Below the pieces are notes generated by a model. It saw only the letters and a program-made list of their open reading frames with translations, was not told the origin of the DNA and did no database searches. Below, piece after piece: positions 7,096 to 10,515 of a stretch of DNA of 10,515 bases. Source of the stretch: Myxococcota bacterium. Lineage in GTDB: Bacteria; Myxococcota; SpSt-1050. Positions within the stretch are counted from its first letter, which is position 1, and each line of letters opens with the position of its first letter. Position numbers and translations under genes: made by a program. The stretch is taken from NCBI GenBank assembly GCA_049969675.1, contig JBMFOP010000101.1, positions 1 through 10,515 of the forward strand, in the 5' to 3' direction.

Positions 7096-8340
7096 CTACT
7101 CCTCTGTAATATTAAACTCTTCAACAAGTTGATTATTGTTGTCAAATGATTTTACATTTATTGATGTATCACTCACATAAACTATAGAAAAGTTATAGAC
7201 CATCTGATACTTCACCATATAAGGCTCTTCTCCCACCTCATACTTAATCTCCCCTTCTGGATACAGAGGGGCTCCACCTCCACCTGAGACAAGATAATGA
7301 ATTCCGTCTTTATGCAGGTGTTCATAGAGATGATTATGCCCATTAAATACAAGTTTTGTACGGGTGGTTTTAAGTAGTGGCACAATGTAATTTCTGGCTT
7401 CTGCATCTGGAGAGTGCCTTGAGAATGTATATGGCGGATTATGAAATGCCACAAAGATATACTTTATATTCTTATTTGAATCCGCCGTCTCTATGTCCTG
7501 CTTAAACCATCTGTACTGCTCTGTATCATCTGAAATACCACACTCTATGCATAGAACAATAAAATGAGATTTCCCCCAATCAAATGAGTAATATCTATTC
7601 TCTCCATTCGGGAAGAGAAGCTGTCTCTTCCAGATATCCTCTCCACCACTCTCGTGATTTCCAAATGCCACAAAGAGCGCCGCCTTTCGAAATAATTGTG
7701 ACCCATCGTTGAAAAAGAGATACCACTCATCTTCAAGCCCACCTGAAAATACGATGTCACCTGTATTTATCACAAATTCTGGCTCGTACTTTGCTATAGT
7801 TGAAGTAATCTCTTTATGAGTGGGATTCTCCGCCATAAAAGGGGCACCGGGTCTATTATCTCCATATATAGCAAAAATAAAGTTATTGTCGGAGGAAGGT
7901 GTATGGAAGCCCCCCTCAAATGGAGTGGATAGTGAGAGAATGCGATAATTGTACTCTCTCTCCTCAGAAAGATAGTCAAAGTCTATTTTATATTGATAAA
8001 CATTTTTGATATGCTGGTCAGGACCCATCTTTAATGGCTGCTTTTCTGGTTCTACTATGTAGAGTTTACCATTCAATTCTACATATCCAGTCTCTTCTCT
8101 GTCAGTCTCCCAGAAGAGTGTAAACGAATCTGCCCCCCTGTAAGTTATATATGGATATCTTGTGAGACGGGAACTGAATTTCCCTATATCCGATATACCG
8201 GCATCTACATCTGTATCTGGTGCCTCCACATCAACGATATCATCAGCAATATTTGTAGAACCACCGTCAGATGAACAGGCATTTAAGCAAAGACCTGCAA
8301 GGTAAATGAAACAAAAATAAAGGTGTAAAATTCTTTTCAT
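7096..8340 (-). CDS. Calcineurin-like metallophosphoesterase (purple acid phosphatase-like architecture) lipoprotein
   Basis: Lipobox LNAC, Asp-rich linker and FN3-like N-domain (PY...FWETD). Motifs YGDNR, TGDIVF, FGNHE, FHNPPY, FNGHNHLYE, SGGGGAPLY. RBS GAGGT. Confidence 0.92.
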   Translation of the reverse strand: MKRILHLYFCFIYLAGLCLNACSSDGGSTNIADDIVDVEAPDTDVDAGISDIGKFSSRLTRYPYITYRGADSFTLFWETDREETGYVELNGKLYIVEPEKQPLKMGPDQHIKNVYQYKIDFDYLSEEREYNYRILSLSTPFEGGFHTPSSDNNFIFAIYGDNRPGAPFMAENPTHKEITSTIAKYEPEFVINTGDIVFSGGLEDEWYLFFNDGSQLFRKAALFVAFGNHESGGEDIWKRQLLFPNGENRYYSFDWGKSHFIVLCIECGISDDTEQYRWFKQDIETADSNKNIKYIFVAFHNPPYTFSRHSPDAEARNYIVPLLKTTRTKLVFNGHNHLYEHLHKDGIHYLVSGGGGAPLYPEGEIKYEVGEEPYMVKYQMVYNFSIVYVSDTSINVKSFDNNNQLVEEFNITEE

Positions 8341-8382
8341 ATTTATACCTCATAGAAAACATCGGTCTATAATAATACACTT

Positions 8383-8399
8383 TTGTAATAAAATTACAA
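8383..8399. promoter_or_regulatory. Perfect 7-3-7 inverted repeat, putative operator in divergent promoter region
   Basis: TTGTAAT-AAA-ATTACAA, about 40-60 bp upstream of the phosphatase start; overlaps a possible minus-strand TTGTAA-N16-TATTAT promoter. Confidence 0.4.
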
Positions 8400-8491
8400 T
8401 AAAAGATAATTGCTTTTCAATGTCAATTGACCTTCACCCAAAGGTTATTCTTCCAGTTCGTTCTAAATTTTGTTATTCCTCTTCAATATTC

Positions 8492-8520
8492 TTGCACTAT
8501 AATTTGATTGGTTGTAAAAT
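8492..8520 (+). promoter_or_regulatory. Putative sigma70 promoter of exbB-exbD-tonB
   Basis: TTGCAC (8492-8497), N17, TAAAAT (8515-8520); RBS AGGGAG at 8535-8540 before ATG 8546. Confidence 0.55.
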
Positions 8521-8545
8521 GTCCTCGCCTTTTTAGGGAGTATTT

Positions 8546-9184
8546 ATGCTTGTTCAGAGACTTTTAAGTATAACACTTTCGGGTGCTGAGTGGGTATTAT
8601 ATCTTTTACTCATTCTCTCTGTCTTCTCTGTGGCGATTATGATTGAAAAATTTATCATCCTTAAGATAAGGGAGGCAAAGCGGGAGAGGGTTGATGAGAT
8701 CCTGAAGAAAATTAAAGAGAATGGAATAAATTCTATTCAGAAAGAGATTGAAGATAAAAGGACATTCTTTGAAAAGGTTCTCTTATATGTCATTAGAAAT
8801 GGTATTGAGCCGCAGAAGAGGGAGGAGTCTATAAGTATTGCTATTATGAGGGAGAGGCTGTACCTTGAAAAGAGGCTTATGTTTCTTGGGACACTTGGAA
8901 ACAATGCGCCATTTATCGGACTCTTCGGGACAGTGCTCGGAATAATCAAGGCATTTCACGACCTCTCTATTAACCAGCAAGGTGGCGCTGCAGTTGTGAT
9001 GGCAGGTATCTCCGAGGCACTGGTTGCCACCGCTGTGGGTCTATTTGTGGCAATCCCGGCGGTGGTGGCATACAACTACTTTATGAGATGGATAAAGAGA
9101 ATAGTTACAGATTCCGAGACATCTGTAAGAGAGGCATTTCTGATTTTAGGTAATATTGAATCAGGGGATAAAGATGGCAGGTAA
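8546..9184 (+). CDS. exbB: MotA/TolQ/ExbB proton channel family protein
   Basis: LGTLGNNAPFIGLFGTVLGIIKAF and GISEALVATAVGLFVAIPAVVAYNYF signatures; followed by an ExbD-like gene and a TonB. Confidence 0.93.
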   Translation: MLVQRLLSITLSGAEWVLYLLLILSVFSVAIMIEKFIILKIREAKRERVDEILKKIKENGINSIQKEIEDKRTFFEKVLLYVIRNGIEPQKREESISIAIMRERLYLEKRLMFLGTLGNNAPFIGLFGTVLGIIKAFHDLSINQQGGAAVVMAGISEALVATAVGLFVAIPAVVAYNYFMRWIKRIVTDSETSVREAFLILGNIESGDKDGR

Positions 9185-9581
9185 ATCTACAGAGAATGAA
9201 GAGATGATAACCGATATCAATGTGACTCCACTCGTGGATATTACACTGGTCCTCCTGATTATCTTTATGGTAACAGCGACATATATCGTCACACCTTCCA
9301 TTAAGGTAGAACTCCCAAAGGCAGCAAATAGTGAAGAGAGCAGCCCCTCTACCATCGCAATTGTGATTACAAAAGATGACAGAACTTTCTTAAATGGCGA
9401 GGAGGTCAACTCCGGTGCACTGGTTGAGAAGATTAAGAAGGCGGTTGAACTCAATCCAGATGTTCAGGCAATAATCAGCGCGGATAAATATGTCTACCAT
9501 GGAAAAGTGGTCAATATAATTGATGTGGTGAAGGGGGCGGGTATTACAAAGTTTGCAATCTCCATAGAAAAGAATGAATGA
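9174..9581 (+). CDS. exbD: Biopolymer transport protein ExbD/TolR
   Basis: INVTPLVDITLVLLIIFMV TM with conserved Asp, VELPKA, ISADK..YHGKVVNIIDVVKGAGITK. Start placed at ATG 9174 after GGGGA, overlapping the end of exbB. Confidence 0.93.
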   Translation: MAGKSTENEEMITDINVTPLVDITLVLLIIFMVTATYIVTPSIKVELPKAANSEESSPSTIAIVITKDDRTFLNGEEVNSGALVEKIKKAVELNPDVQAIISADKYVYHGKVVNIIDVVKGAGITKFAISIEKNE

Positions 9582-10329
9582 AGAGAGACTTACAAAGATT
9601 ATTTACCTATCTGTATTTGTCTCAATAGTCATACATTTTGGACTTGGTATTGCTGTTGTAAAAAGTGGAACAGGAGAACAGAAGAAAGAGACAATTATAT
9701 CATTTAATGTTGTAAAGGAGGCAAAGAAGGAGGTCGTTCCTGAACCACCAAAGGAAGAACCAAAACCGAAACCAGAAATTCCAAAACCTAAGAGGGTCGT
9801 TGACCTCACCAGAAAGGTAAAGATTGCGAAGCCAGAGGAGATAAAAGAGCAGAAAGAGCAACCTCCAATGGAGGCACAGAACGCACAGAACTTTGGAATT
9901 GATAGCTCCCTTGTAGATACCTCCGGGAAATCCTCCGTGGCGATGGCAATTCCTATAGGAGAGACTATGATTGGGGACCCGGGGCTTAAGAAGGGGAATT
10001 CAAACAAATTTATAAAGCCAGAGGATATAGCGCATAAAGAGAGATCGGTTGAGGTTATCAGTCAGATGCCAAAACTTATAAAAGAGGTAAAGCCCGTATA
10101 TCCCGAGGAGGCTAAGAGGCTGGGCATTGAGGGCTCTGTTGTGCTCCTGCTGGAGATTGATGAGAACGGGAATGTTGTATCCGCAAAGCCATTAAAAAAG
10201 GCCGGATACGGGATGGATGAGGAGGCACTAAAAGCCGCATATCAGCTAAAATTCTCACCCGCCCTCGCCGGCAAGACCCCTGTTAGAGCAAGGATAAAAT
10301 ATACATTCACATTTATACTGGAAGACTGA
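9574..10329 (+). CDS. tonB: Energy transducer TonB
   Basis: N-terminal TM with SxxxH (SIVIH), Pro/Lys/Glu-rich linker PEPPKEEPKPKPEIPKPK, and C-terminal TonB_C domain (PVYPEEAKRLGIEGSVVL...IDENGNV...FSPA). Confidence 0.94.
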   Translation: MNEERLTKIIYLSVFVSIVIHFGLGIAVVKSGTGEQKKETIISFNVVKEAKKEVVPEPPKEEPKPKPEIPKPKRVVDLTRKVKIAKPEEIKEQKEQPPMEAQNAQNFGIDSSLVDTSGKSSVAMAIPIGETMIGDPGLKKGNSNKFIKPEDIAHKERSVEVISQMPKLIKEVKPVYPEEAKRLGIEGSVVLLLEIDENGNVVSAKPLKKAGYGMDEEALKAAYQLKFSPALAGKTPVRARIKYTFTFILED

Positions 10330-10450
10330 TATTTTATGCTAAAAGCCAATATGGTGGCGTGAATTGACGCAGGATAGTCTTTTGATGCATAAGTTCAATC
10401 GGGAGTATTTAAAATGTTGTGTCTGAAATAGGCAGTGGCAGGTCATCCCT

Positions 10451-10469
10451 TTTATTGATAATCATAATG
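10451..10469. promoter_or_regulatory. Fur-box-like sequence
   Basis: TTTATTGATAATCATAATG matches GATAATGATAATCATTATC at 14/19 positions. It lies downstream of tonB; the regulated gene is not visible. Confidence 0.3.
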
Positions 10470-10515
10470 CTAACCCCTTCTGTAAATATATCTATCCGCC
10501 AAATTTTCTACCATC

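Noticed and set aside
7212..10007. Short alternative-frame or antisense ORFs inside the phosphoesterase, exbB, exbD and tonB genes
   Set aside because: Nested in confident CDSs; composition reflects the real gene's codon pattern.
8546..10329. Calling the operon tolQ-tolR-tolA
   Set aside because: The third gene has a Pro-rich linker and YP-containing TonB_C domain rather than a long Ala/Lys helical TolA, and no tolB/pal follows directly.
10330..10515. Possible degraded gene or IS fragment on the minus strand (e.g. MIINKRDDLPLPISDTTF*, KDYPASIHATILAFSIKY)
   Set aside because: Short frames broken by stops, with no convincing family motif or terminal inverted repeats.

Overview
Bacterial window, probably Gram-negative; the Asp-rich lipoproteins and TonB style suggest a Myxococcota/deltaproteobacterium-like host (inference). 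Most of it is a leftward cluster: metallophosphoesterase lipoprotein, MacA-like adaptor, ABC ATPase, MacB/FtsX-like permease, amidohydrolase lipoprotein and trypsin-like protease. This cluster is divergent from an exbB-exbD-tonB operon. The most unusual part is the first ~650 bp, which the ORF track misses. On the minus strand an AT-rich leader with a sigma70-like promoter precedes a single 37-bp CRISPR-type repeat (GTTTTAACCCCACTTCCATTAAAATAAGGATTGAAAC, 532->496). The repeat runs directly into the startless 3' remnant of a probable excisionase-type HTH gene, followed by the 5' part of a low-GC PLD/SNF2-helicase-like (restriction-associated) gene that leaves the window. No cas genes and no intact second repeat are visible.
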